Positions 38,010 to 46,885 of a stretch of DNA of 64,000 nucleotides are shown one piece after another. Origin of the DNA: an uncultured Geoanaerobacter sp. (GTDB lineage: Bacteria; Desulfobacterota; Desulfuromonadia; Geobacterales; DSM-12255); NCBI GenBank assembly GCA_964528055.1, contig CAZGQM010000001.1:365690-429689 (forward strand). The letters are read 5' to 3'. Made by a program: the position numbers and the translations under genes. The stretch's first letter is position 1, and each line of letters opens with the position of its first letter. The notes under the pieces were generated by a model. The model saw only the letters and a program-made list of their open reading frames with translations. It did no database searches and had not been told where the DNA came from.

Positions 38010-38945
38010 ATGATTGAACCCATTGAAATCTTGAATTCCGGGCAGTCCATCGAAGATGTTGATATGTCGGGCAGTTCCCTGTCCGGGCTCGAATTTACCG
38101 ACAGGGTCTTCGAGCGGGTATCCTTCCGCGAGTCCGATCTGTCCGGTTCAGTATTTGTCAGCTGCCAGTTCAGGGATACCGATTTCAGCAATGCAAACCT
38201 GAACGAAGTCGACTTCAGCCGCTCCGGCCTTTCGAACTGCCGGTTCAATGGTGCTTCTCTTTTCAACGCCACTCTGTCCGACTGCATCACCGGCAGGCTC
38301 GATTTCAGCAACGCCAACCTGGAGCGGTTCACCGTGATTGAAACCGCTCTGACCGGTGCGATCTTCAATAACACCAATTTGAAATATGCAATCTTTATCG
38401 GCATTGACCTGAACCGCGTGAAATTCCCCGACTGCAACTGCACCCTGGCGGTGTTCGACAAGGCTTCATTGCAGGAGGCCGATTTTTCCGGGGCTGACCT
38501 GTCGAAATGCGGCTTCAATGGGGCGATCCTTAACAATGCACGATTTGGCGGCGCCAAGGGGAAGTACGCGGTATTTTTTGAAATCCAGGGGGAGCGGGCG
38601 GATTTCAGCGTAGCTCAATTGCCGATGTCGAATTTTTCCAGAGCAAAACTGGATGGCGCTCTGTTTGGCGGCGCATCTATGGAGAAAGCGCTGTTTGTGG
38701 CAGCATCGCTGAAGAGTGCCGTCTTCAGCGGGGCGAAGCTGCCCTATGCCGATTTTTCCCGGGCGATCGTGACCGGCGCCGATTTTGCCAATGCCGATCT
38801 GTCAATGGCCAACATCCACCGGGCGAATTTTAACGACGCAAGGCTCACAGGAGCAAACACCAAAGGTATCCGGGAGACGGACAGGGTGCTGGCCGAAGGG
38901 GAGATGTGGGTTTCACCGATCAAACAGGAGAGAAATAATGGCTGA
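38010..38945 (+). CDS. Pentapeptide-repeat protein
   Basis: 311 aa, almost entirely A(D/N)(L/F)xx pentapeptide units (DLSGSVFVSCQFRDTDFSNANLNEVDFSRSGLSNCRF...). Confidence 0.85.
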   Translation: MIEPIEILNSGQSIEDVDMSGSSLSGLEFTDRVFERVSFRESDLSGSVFVSCQFRDTDFSNANLNEVDFSRSGLSNCRFNGASLFNATLSDCITGRLDFSNANLERFTVIETALTGAIFNNTNLKYAIFIGIDLNRVKFPDCNCTLAVFDKASLQEADFSGADLSKCGFNGAILNNARFGGAKGKYAVFFEIQGERADFSVAQLPMSNFSRAKLDGALFGGASMEKALFVAASLKSAVFSGAKLPYADFSRAIVTGADFANADLSMANIHRANFNDARLTGANTKGIRETDRVLAEGEMWVSPIKQERNNG

Positions 38946-39594
38946 TATACGCGATATAAATCTTTACCGGCGGCGTGAGGCAGCGGATACGATAATTCCC
39001 GGCGCAATCATGGATACGGCCCGTGTGGTGAAGCGCGAAGACGGCGGATTCCTGCTGGTGACCCCCGACACCCTGGCGCTGCGCGGCAGAAAAGCTGCCG
39101 GCTGCCTGCTGGAGCCGGAGGAGAACGATACGGTGCTGATCGCCCGCAACACTTCCAGCGGGGTGTACATTCTGACCGTGCTGGAACGGGGTGAATCTCC
39201 TGGCCGAATCGTACTGCCGACCGATACTACCATGGCAACTTCGGGCGGCAGCCTGAAGCTGGCAGGGGCACAAGCGACCGTTATCGAGTCGCCGCAGGTC
39301 ACACTTAGCGGAGCCCGTGGCGATCTGACTTTTGCAGAACTGGAGCTGACCGCAGGCACCACCAGGGCCAGAAGCGGTCGGCTGTCGCTGGTGGCAGCCA
39401 CCATCGATACTGTGGCTGAGCGGATTACCCAGCGGGTGAGGGACTGTTTCCGCCGGGTGAGCAGGATGGATTCCACAAAGGCGGGCCAGGTCAGGATCAG
39501 CGCGGAGAGCCGCTTCAGCGTGACAGCCGGAGATGCCGCTCTGACCGCACAGAGGGATGTGAAAATTGACGGTGACAAGATCAGGCTGGGCTGA
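38938..39594 (+). CDS. DUF3540-like protein (T6SS spike-module component)
   Basis: I chose the start at MADIRDINLYRR, which overlaps the preceding stop by 8 nt. Its position between the pentapeptide and DUF4150 genes is the canonical context. The family call is from memory. Confidence 0.55.
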   Translation: MADIRDINLYRRREAADTIIPGAIMDTARVVKREDGGFLLVTPDTLALRGRKAAGCLLEPEENDTVLIARNTSSGVYILTVLERGESPGRIVLPTDTTMATSGGSLKLAGAQATVIESPQVTLSGARGDLTFAELELTAGTTRARSGRLSLVAATIDTVAERITQRVRDCFRRVSRMDSTKAGQVRISAESRFSVTAGDAALTAQRDVKIDGDKIRLG

Positions 39595-39612
39595 TCGAGA
39601 GGAGAGAACACC

Positions 39613-40014
39613 ATGTTTGCCGCAACCAAAAAAGGGGGTATGGCCAACATAACCGCCCCTGATGTCTGCAAAACCACTGTCGGACCGGCTGTGGTCCCTA
39701 TCCCGTACCCGAATATAGCCCAGTTGCCAATGGCTGTCCCCACTGCCACCAAAGTGTTCATCGACGGGGCGCTTGCCCTTACCAAGGAATCGAAAATACC
39801 AAGTTCCAACGGTGACGAAGCTGGCGCTTCAGGAGGTGGAGGAGTGGTGTCCGCCAAGGTCATGGGCCCCACCCAGTTCGTCATGTCCAGCCAGAAGGTC
39901 AAGATCGAGGGGAAGCCGGCAGTGCGCTTGAATGACCTGTGCAAGCTTAACGATGGCAACACGGTGGGGATGCACGCTGCGCCTTCGCAATTAAAGGTCA
40001 TGATCATGAGCTGA
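39613..40014 (+). CDS. PAAR-like spike-tip protein (DUF4150 type)
   Basis: 133 aa. ITAPDVCKTTVGPAVVPIPYPNIA...KVFIDGALALTKESKIPSSNGDEAG...KVKIEGKPAVRLND fits the DUF4150 pattern. Confidence 0.7.
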   Translation: MFAATKKGGMANITAPDVCKTTVGPAVVPIPYPNIAQLPMAVPTATKVFIDGALALTKESKIPSSNGDEAGASGGGGVVSAKVMGPTQFVMSSQKVKIEGKPAVRLNDLCKLNDGNTVGMHAAPSQLKVMIMS

Positions 40015-40027
40015 CAAGGAGATTCTG

Positions 40028-40804
40028 ATGAACAAGCAACTCTGGCTTACCTCGCTGGCACCCGACCGGGCTATACCGTCTGCGGTGAGCGCCAAACTGC
40101 GCCCCTACGGATTCGACGTTGCGGGCTCAATCTGGAATGACGATATCGAGAGGATGGGGTGGCAGGAACCGCTACAAATGCTTGTCAATCCTTCCCTGGC
40201 TGGATGGCTGATTCTCACCACACCGGAAGAGCTGTTCAAGCCAACCGTACGCTACGGTCTTTCGCTACTTGCCATTTCAGTTGCCGCTTCCCGCCGATCC
40301 CTGCCGACATTTATCATCTCCTGCGCCGGTGCGCCGCCTGCGGTGAGCGAACTTCCGTCGCCATTTTTGACATCTATTCCGATTGCCATCACCGAACCGG
40401 CCCTGTGCGCCAGGATCGTGGCAAACACAAGCGTTCCTTCTGTCCCAGGGTCAAGCGACTACCGTATCGACATTATCGGTGATCAGCAGGTTGGACAATG
40501 GTTTGAAATAAGCGCTGCCAAGGGGTCATGGAACGGCGGCCTGTTAGGTGTCTGCGGCGGCGAGATCAATTTCCAGGCAGTAGGTCCCTCAGGGGCACTC
40601 CCTAAGGATACGGTGCTCAACTATCCGGTTCGGGGGATGCGACTTGCCACCGGAGACAGTGAGTTCATCGCCTGGGGGGTGCAGAACGGACTGCCTGAAG
40701 GGACCTCCTGTTTTACCCGCGTCAAGGGTATGCCTGCAGCGATAATGTTCGGGCAATTTCCAGAAGGGGACGAACCGGAACTGTACACGCTGAAGCTGAT
40801 CTAG
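40028..40804 (+). CDS. Hypothetical T6SS-linked protein (no recognisable motif, no signal peptide or TM segment)
   Basis: 258-aa ORF starting 13 nt after the PAAR-like gene, with a GGAG RBS. Confidence 0.5.
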   Translation: MNKQLWLTSLAPDRAIPSAVSAKLRPYGFDVAGSIWNDDIERMGWQEPLQMLVNPSLAGWLILTTPEELFKPTVRYGLSLLAISVAASRRSLPTFIISCAGAPPAVSELPSPFLTSIPIAITEPALCARIVANTSVPSVPGSSDYRIDIIGDQQVGQWFEISAAKGSWNGGLLGVCGGEINFQAVGPSGALPKDTVLNYPVRGMRLATGDSEFIAWGVQNGLPEGTSCFTRVKGMPAAIMFGQFPEGDEPELYTLKLI

Positions 40805-40812
40805 GAGGTCAT

Positions 40813-42255
40813 TTGCAGATACCGGCCACCCCTTTTCAGATAATCGCCTTTGCCCCTTTCCTCCCATCGGAAAGCGTCGGGAACTGCGGAACGTTCCAGC
40901 CGCTGGCGGTTCGGTCTGCGGACCATGGGCTGGCTGCGCTGCATCCTTCGCTCTACATCCCGCTCCCCAGATCCCTTTCCCCTGAGGGTGGCATTAGCCT
41001 GGAGTTCAGCGCCCTTGACGATTTCGAGCCGGCTTCGATCATCAGCCGTACTCCGTGGTTGAAGGCGCTGCGGGATATAAAAGACGAAAGAACCACAAAG
41101 GTTGAATCAGCCGGTACTGAGACATCTCTCGACAGTATCCTCAGCATGGTCGAGCTCCCCGGAACGGTAAAGGGGGGTGAAAAGCATTCCGTGGATGAGT
41201 CGAACGAGGCAGACATTATTCTCTCCGGGGTTTTGAACCGGATTTGTGATGATGAAGATTTCAGGAGGATGCTGGCGGCATGGCAGGGTGTCGCCTTTCT
41301 GTTCGAAAAGGGGGGTGCTGAACGGCTTCGACTTTACATTGTCCCGGTTGCAAGGGAAACCGCTGTTGATCTTCTCGAATCATGCGCCAGTTTTCTGGAC
41401 AATGACCCTCCTGACCTGATTCTTCTGGATGTCCCGTTTGACTCCACTCCGATCGGCATAAGGTTGCTGGAGTCAGCTTCACGCCTGGCGGAACGGTTGA
41501 TCTCTCCGGTAATCTGCTGGTGCGGCCCGGATTTCCTGCAACTGGACGATTGGTCGGGGATGAAGAATCTCCCCTATCTCCCGAATCACCTCGACGGTTT
41601 TACCTATGCCGGATGGAATGCTCAGAAGGGGCGGCCTGCGGCATTCTGGACCATTGCCGCCTGCAACCGTTTCCAGCCGAACCGTGTAGATTACGATGCA
41701 TCGCCAGCGGGAAAAACTGTCGGATGCAGCCACATCTATCTGGCACCGGTCTGGGCTGTAGCCGCACTGACTCTGCAGGCGTTTGCGCGGACCGGCAGCC
41801 CGACAGCTGTTTCCAGACAGATCCTGCATTTCAGGGATACCTCAGCCGAACCGTTTGCAATGCTTGAAACATCCTTTAGCGATGACCGTTCCCATCAACT
41901 GGTGAAGTGCGGCCTGCTACCCCTGATGCCGATTTCGGGAGGGGATGGCATCCGCCTGGCGTCAGCCGTAACTATCAATGGCGAACCGTTCCTCTCCCCC
42001 CTTACCCTTTCTACGATTATTCACACCCTAATCGGATTACGGCAAAACCATGGGCCTTGCGACAACCCGGAGAGTCTTGCCGCGAGCCTGCACGAAGCCT
42101 TTTCGAGTCATCCGCGACTCAAGGGGGCGGTTCACGACGGTACCATCGAATTCAGGGGCTCCGGACCCGATTCGGAAGACCGTGTAAGAATCGAGATAAC
42201 GGTTGATAACCGGAAATTCGGCGCTAGGATTATAAATTTTACATTTGATTGGTAA
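40813..42255 (+). CDS. Divergent fused TssB-like/TssC-like (sheath-like) protein
   Basis: 480 aa with a TTG start 4 nt after AGGAGG. The N-terminus parallels the in-window TssB (PFQIIAFAPF vs PLKLLVVGDF; ISLEFSALDDFEPASIISRTPWLKAL vs VNLKFDSLKDFDPDSIVQQVPDLKKM). The remainder parallels the in-window TssC (DEDFRRMLAAWQGVAFLFEK vs NADFQKMESSWRSLKFLVDR; LLESASRLAERLISPVICWCGPDFLQLDDWSGMKNLP vs LLQDLASVSAMSHAPFIASASARMFGLDDFSKLPDLK; YAGWNAQKG vs YAKWKAFRD). Confidence 0.55.
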   Translation: MQIPATPFQIIAFAPFLPSESVGNCGTFQPLAVRSADHGLAALHPSLYIPLPRSLSPEGGISLEFSALDDFEPASIISRTPWLKALRDIKDERTTKVESAGTETSLDSILSMVELPGTVKGGEKHSVDESNEADIILSGVLNRICDDEDFRRMLAAWQGVAFLFEKGGAERLRLYIVPVARETAVDLLESCASFLDNDPPDLILLDVPFDSTPIGIRLLESASRLAERLISPVICWCGPDFLQLDDWSGMKNLPYLPNHLDGFTYAGWNAQKGRPAAFWTIAACNRFQPNRVDYDASPAGKTVGCSHIYLAPVWAVAALTLQAFARTGSPTAVSRQILHFRDTSAEPFAMLETSFSDDRSHQLVKCGLLPLMPISGGDGIRLASAVTINGEPFLSPLTLSTIIHTLIGLRQNHGPCDNPESLAASLHEAFSSHPRLKGAVHDGTIEFRGSGPDSEDRVRIEITVDNRKFGARIINFTFDW

Positions 42256-42276
42256 TACGGTATATTCCCGGGCTCT

Positions 42277-44598
42277 ATGTATCGAATATTCTTGCTCATA
42301 CCGGCTTTTCTCCTGCTGTTGTCATGCTCAGCAGAAAAGGTGGTCCGCGGCCAGGATTCGGTGGCGATTTTCTCCCCTGCATTTAATTATGAAACCAACA
42401 AGATCATAGCGCTCCTCCCCTTTTCAAATTCCGGAAGAGGCGGCCTCAATTACCCGATCACCGAACGTTTTGCCGCAAATCTGATCTGGGCCGGTTTTAC
42501 GGTGACAGACCGGTCACAACTTGAGCAGACGGCTGCCAAAGAGAATATTAACCTTTCGGAAACGCCGCCCCGCGACCAACTGGCTGAACTGGGTAGGAGG
42601 CTTGGCGTTGGCATTATCGTGGTAGGGTCTTGCATCTACCGTCAGGAGGGGCGGCCAGATGATGAGGGGACCATTTCCATGATCTCCGCCCGATTTCTGG
42701 ATACCGCAAGCGGCGAGACCCTCTTGCACGCAACTACCCGACCTGACGGCATCATGCCGGTCACACGCGCCCTGGCTGCAGTGATTCGTAACAGTCTTCT
42801 GAATGACCTTTTCCGCAAAGGGAATGCAAGCTATGACATCAAAAAGTATTCCGAGGCCATTGACCATTTCACCGCATTGACAGGGCTGGAACCTTCGCTT
42901 GTCGAGGCATATCAGAACCGCGGGGCGGCGTATTCAAAAAACGGAGACAACATCAAGGCGCTGGCTGACTACGACCGGGCCATAGCACTGTACGAGTCGA
43001 AGAACCCACTTCCGCAAAGGCTTCTGAACTTTATCCAGGGACCGGTCAAGCAGCCTGAAAAAGGTGAACTGTATCTGAACCGGGGGATTATTCTTCTTAA
43101 ATCCGGAAAAACCCAGGCAGCCATCTCCGATTTCAACCGGGCGCTTGAGGCGGGAGGGGATCCGGCAACTGCTCATGCAAATCTCGGATACGCCCGTTTC
43201 AGGCTGAAAGAGCTCAAAAACTCGGTCATGGAGTATGACAAGGCGGTCAAGGCTGATCCGTCCCGGGCAGAGTTTTATTACCAGAGGGGCATTGTGCTTG
43301 AAGAGATCAATGTTCCGGACGCCATCAGGAACTATTCTCAGGCAATCAGCCTGGACCGCCGTTTCGCCCCTCCGCTTGCTGCACGCGCACGAGCCAACCT
43401 GAAACTCGGTTACTTTTATGACGCAATAAGGGATTACACACAGGCACTGGAGATTGAACCCGGAAACTCAGAATACCTTACCGGCAGAGGTGGAGCTTAT
43501 TTTCAGGCAAGGGATCATGAACGTGCCATTTCAGATTATTCCAGCGCCATCAAGGCAACCCCTGCAAACTGCCAAGCTTATATGGGGAGGGGTATCAGTT
43601 ACGCCGCGAATGGCGATACCATACAAGCGCGGGAAGATTTCGATCATCTGCTTTCTACAGGAACGTCCATGGCAGGAACTGTCTACCTGGAAAAAGGGAT
43701 ACTGATGGCAAAGTCAGGAAACTACAGTGAGGCTGTTGAAAACTTCAGCAAGGCGCTGGAAATTTCCGGCAACAATGCAGATGGTTATGCCCACCGCGGT
43801 ATGGCGTTTGAACGGATGGCGGAATACAGGAGTTCGGTGCTGGATTTCTCCCGAGCCCTTGAACTGAGGGCTGAGAAACCTCAGGATCTGTTCAACCGCG
43901 GATATTCAAGCATGCAGAGCGGGAAATATCGCCAGGCAATTGATGATTTCAGCAGGGCAGCCTCCCTTGATCCTGCCAATTCAGCGGTTTTCTCCAACAG
44001 GGGTTATGCTTACCGGCAGACCGGCAATTACAGCCAGTCAATAAACGATTACAGCCGTGCCCTTGCCCTGCTTCCCGGGGAGACCGACTCTCCGTATCAG
44101 CGGAACTATCCCGATGCCCGACTGAACCAGGTGGTTAAAGAGTTTCACCCTTATTCCATCTATTACAATCGCGGCTTGTCCTATCTGGCAACCGGCAGCT
44201 ACCGACCGGCAATTTCCGACTTTACCAAGGCGATCGAACTTTTTCCCGCCAGCGCCGATGCTTATACCCGACGAGGCATTGCGCTCCAGCAGTCGGGAGA
44301 GATGGACCGGGCGCTTTCAGACTATAACCGTGCCATAGAGCTGGATTCACGTCTTGCCGACGCTTACTTCGGCCGGGGAAGCTGGAGTGAACAGTCCGGC
44401 AGGTTTTCCGATGCGATTGCGGACTACACCAGGGCCATTGATATAATGCCTGATTTTTCCAGGGCATATTTCAGCCGGGGTCTGCTGAGGGTTCAGATGA
44501 ACCTTGAAGAGCCAGGTATTACCGATATTAGAGCAGCCGCTCGAATGAACCTTAAACAGGCAAGAGATTACCTGATGACCAGGGGGGCAGAGTGGTGA
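42277..44598 (+). CDS. Large TPR-repeat lipoprotein with a CsgG/LpoB-like N-terminal domain
   Basis: 773 aa. The lipobox is LLLLSC. The N-terminal region (IIALLPFSNSG...ITERFAANLIWAGFTVTDRSQLEQ...LGVGIIVVGS) resembles CsgG/LpoB-type lipoprotein domains. It is followed by about 15 TPR units (A..Y.RG.AY...G....AI.DY..A..L.P). Confidence 0.65.
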   Translation: MYRIFLLIPAFLLLLSCSAEKVVRGQDSVAIFSPAFNYETNKIIALLPFSNSGRGGLNYPITERFAANLIWAGFTVTDRSQLEQTAAKENINLSETPPRDQLAELGRRLGVGIIVVGSCIYRQEGRPDDEGTISMISARFLDTASGETLLHATTRPDGIMPVTRALAAVIRNSLLNDLFRKGNASYDIKKYSEAIDHFTALTGLEPSLVEAYQNRGAAYSKNGDNIKALADYDRAIALYESKNPLPQRLLNFIQGPVKQPEKGELYLNRGIILLKSGKTQAAISDFNRALEAGGDPATAHANLGYARFRLKELKNSVMEYDKAVKADPSRAEFYYQRGIVLEEINVPDAIRNYSQAISLDRRFAPPLAARARANLKLGYFYDAIRDYTQALEIEPGNSEYLTGRGGAYFQARDHERAISDYSSAIKATPANCQAYMGRGISYAANGDTIQAREDFDHLLSTGTSMAGTVYLEKGILMAKSGNYSEAVENFSKALEISGNNADGYAHRGMAFERMAEYRSSVLDFSRALELRAEKPQDLFNRGYSSMQSGKYRQAIDDFSRAASLDPANSAVFSNRGYAYRQTGNYSQSINDYSRALALLPGETDSPYQRNYPDARLNQVVKEFHPYSIYYNRGLSYLATGSYRPAISDFTKAIELFPASADAYTRRGIALQQSGEMDRALSDYNRAIELDSRLADAYFGRGSWSEQSGRFSDAIADYTRAIDIMPDFSRAYFSRGLLRVQMNLEEPGITDIRAAARMNLKQARDYLMTRGAEW

Positions 44599-44626
44599 TG
44601 CCGCCTCAGAATGACAGGAAAACATT

Positions 44627-44878
44627 ATGAAGATATTGTTTGCTGTTTCAGCTTTTCTCATGATTCACCTTTTTGCCGGATGCTCCCACAGGATAACCGG
44701 CCCCGGTCCGATCGACATTTCCACCATGCGAAAGGTTGAAGAGGGGTGCGCATGGTATATACTCGGTATCGGTCCTTTCGGAGAGGCGACTCTCATGCAG
44801 AAGCCCGACACAATCCAGTACACCGTTCACAACTATTTTTTCTACAGCTCTTTCTGTACTGCCGGGTATAACAGGTAA
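44627..44878 (+). CDS. Small lipoprotein (possibly TRL-like)
   Basis: 83 aa with lipobox LFAGC. The ILGIGPFGEA motif is reminiscent of TRL-type small lipoproteins (weak recollection). Confidence 0.45.
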   Translation: MKILFAVSAFLMIHLFAGCSHRITGPGPIDISTMRKVEEGCAWYILGIGPFGEATLMQKPDTIQYTVHNYFFYSSFCTAGYNR

Positions 44879-44879
44879 C

Positions 44880-45494
44880 GTGAGACAACTATCCTTCTTC
44901 ATATTTGTTCTGCTGCTGACTGCAACCGGCTGCTCAATGTTCTCCTCAAAGCCTCCCCCTCCCACCCCTTTGGAAGCTGCGAAGGAGGCGGCTGAGAAAG
45001 CCAGGGTTGCCAATGAGGTGCTGAAAAGGAACTATGCCGTGCCGCAGGTTAGGTGGACTTTCTCCGCCAAGGCGATCGAGATCCGTTTCAAGGCGGACGC
45101 CGGTCTGAACTATCATGACGATGAGCCGCATACTCTTGCGGTTGCGGTTTATCAGCTGAGCGATCCGAATGTCTTTACAAGTTATCGCGCCAGTCGCGAA
45201 AAACTGTCCGAAATCATGGACGCAAGGCGCTTTGATACCTCTGTAACCGCATTTGACCAGATCTTTATCCAGCCTGGAGAAGAACGTATCATCCGGTTGG
45301 ATCGAATGGAAAACAGCCGCTTTGTCGGAATTGTCGCAGGTTACTACCAGTCAGACCCGGACCAGGTTACCCGGCTCTTCGAGATTCCAGTTGTCATAGT
45401 CCCGGGCCAGCAGGAGCTGCTCTCCTCGCCTGGTTCGCTGAATGTCAATATCTTTGCAGGGAAGAACATGATTCAACAGTACGGGAGCAACTGA
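44880..45494 (+). CDS. tssJ: T6SS outer-membrane lipoprotein TssJ
   Basis: A GTG start gives VRQLSFFIFVLLLTATGCS (lipobox). LAVAVYQLSDPNVF...IFIQPGEE...RFVGIVAGYY fits the TssJ/SciN pattern. It lies directly upstream of tssK-L-M. Confidence 0.75.
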   Translation: MRQLSFFIFVLLLTATGCSMFSSKPPPPTPLEAAKEAAEKARVANEVLKRNYAVPQVRWTFSAKAIEIRFKADAGLNYHDDEPHTLAVAVYQLSDPNVFTSYRASREKLSEIMDARRFDTSVTAFDQIFIQPGEERIIRLDRMENSRFVGIVAGYYQSDPDQVTRLFEIPVVIVPGQQELLSSPGSLNVNIFAGKNMIQQYGSN

Positions 45495-45495
45495 A

Positions 45496-46884
45496 ATGGA
45501 ATTTTCACGGCCATTATTATGGCGACACGGACTTTTTCTGCAACCCCAGCATCTCCAGCTCAACGATCAGTTTCTGCAATCGCGCCTAGTTCCTTTATGG
45601 GAATATCTGAAGCCCTATTTCTGGGGCATTGCTGAGGTGAGCATTCAGGAGTCGGCTCTTGCCACAATGTCATTCGAGATTCTCAACGGGAAATTCCTTT
45701 TCCCGGGCGGGGTATATGCCATTTTTCCGGGTAATGCGATGGTGGAACGTCGCTCTTTCGATGAAGCATGGGAAAACCGGGACAAGCCCCTCACTGTCTA
45801 TCTGGGGCTGCGCAAGATGAGTCAGCTGGAGCCCAACGTTACCGTCGTGGATGAGATGAAGGGGCTTGCCGGCATTACGACCCGTTATATCGCATCATCA
45901 ACAGCTGAGGAGGTAAGGGATCTCTACCTGAACGGGCAGACCGGACAGGTACAGGGGATGCTGTATCATCTCCGGCTGTTCTGGGAAACCGAGAAGGAGA
46001 TGCTGGACAACTATGAGATCATTCCGATTGCCCGGCTTGAGAGGTTGACTGAGAGGGTGCGCCTGCTCCCCGGCTTCATACCTCCGGTTCTGTCGTTACG
46101 TTCATCAGACCGTCTCTCCTCAATCCTCAGGGATATCCGTGACAGGCTTGCCGCACGGGGACGACAGCTGGAAGGGTACAAGAGGCTGAAAAACCTGGAG
46201 ACAGGAGATACGGAATCACGTTACACCTCATACATCATGGCGCTCTCCTGCCTGAACCGGCACATACCGGTTCTGTCTCAGATGTGCGAATCAGGTGCCA
46301 TTAATCCTTATGAAGCATATCAGGCGTTGAGACTGCTGATAGGAGAACTCTCGACCTTCTCCACGAGCATAGACGTCATGGGTGAATCGCTGGATGGGGA
46401 TACTTTGCCCCCGTACAGTCACACCTCGCTCTGTGAGTGCTTCACCGGTCTCCAGAATGCCATAGAGACAGCCCTGGCGGATTTTGTCACAGGCCCCGAA
46501 TACATAATTCAGCTGGAAAGGGATGGCGATACCTTTATCGCGGAAAAACTCAGCAGCGACATCTTTCAACCTCGCAATCATTATTATCTGGTACTCTGGA
46601 CATTGCTTGACCAGAAACAGATTCTCGACGCCCTGACCCGTCTGGCAAAGGTTACTTCCGGTTCGTATCTGCAGACAATCGTAAAACGTGCACTGGCAGG
46701 CATTGAACTCAGCTATCTGGCTCAACCTCCGCGTGAGGCTCCCGGCCGTTCCAACTGCTATTTCTTCCGGCTGAACGATAACGAAAAGCAGTGGGAATCG
46801 GTTGTAAGCGACCAGAGCATTGCTATGCACTGGGATGGCGCTCCTGAAGAACTCAAGGTTGAACTGATGGTTATCCGGAGATAG
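45496..46884 (+). CDS. tssK: T6SS baseplate protein TssK
   Basis: The N-terminus PLLWRHGLFLQPQHLQ is the TssK hallmark. It is 462 aa. Confidence 0.9.
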   Translation: MEFSRPLLWRHGLFLQPQHLQLNDQFLQSRLVPLWEYLKPYFWGIAEVSIQESALATMSFEILNGKFLFPGGVYAIFPGNAMVERRSFDEAWENRDKPLTVYLGLRKMSQLEPNVTVVDEMKGLAGITTRYIASSTAEEVRDLYLNGQTGQVQGMLYHLRLFWETEKEMLDNYEIIPIARLERLTERVRLLPGFIPPVLSLRSSDRLSSILRDIRDRLAARGRQLEGYKRLKNLETGDTESRYTSYIMALSCLNRHIPVLSQMCESGAINPYEAYQALRLLIGELSTFSTSIDVMGESLDGDTLPPYSHTSLCECFTGLQNAIETALADFVTGPEYIIQLERDGDTFIAEKLSSDIFQPRNHYYLVLWTLLDQKQILDALTRLAKVTSGSYLQTIVKRALAGIELSYLAQPPREAPGRSNCYFFRLNDNEKQWESVVSDQSIAMHWDGAPEELKVELMVIRR

Positions 46885-46885
46885 C

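Noticed and set aside
44736-44879. Upstream extension of the tssJ ORF, overlapping the 83-aa lipoprotein gene
   Set aside because: The extension overlaps a better-supported lipoprotein ORF in another frame. The GTG at 44880 yields a proper lipoprotein signal peptide for TssJ.
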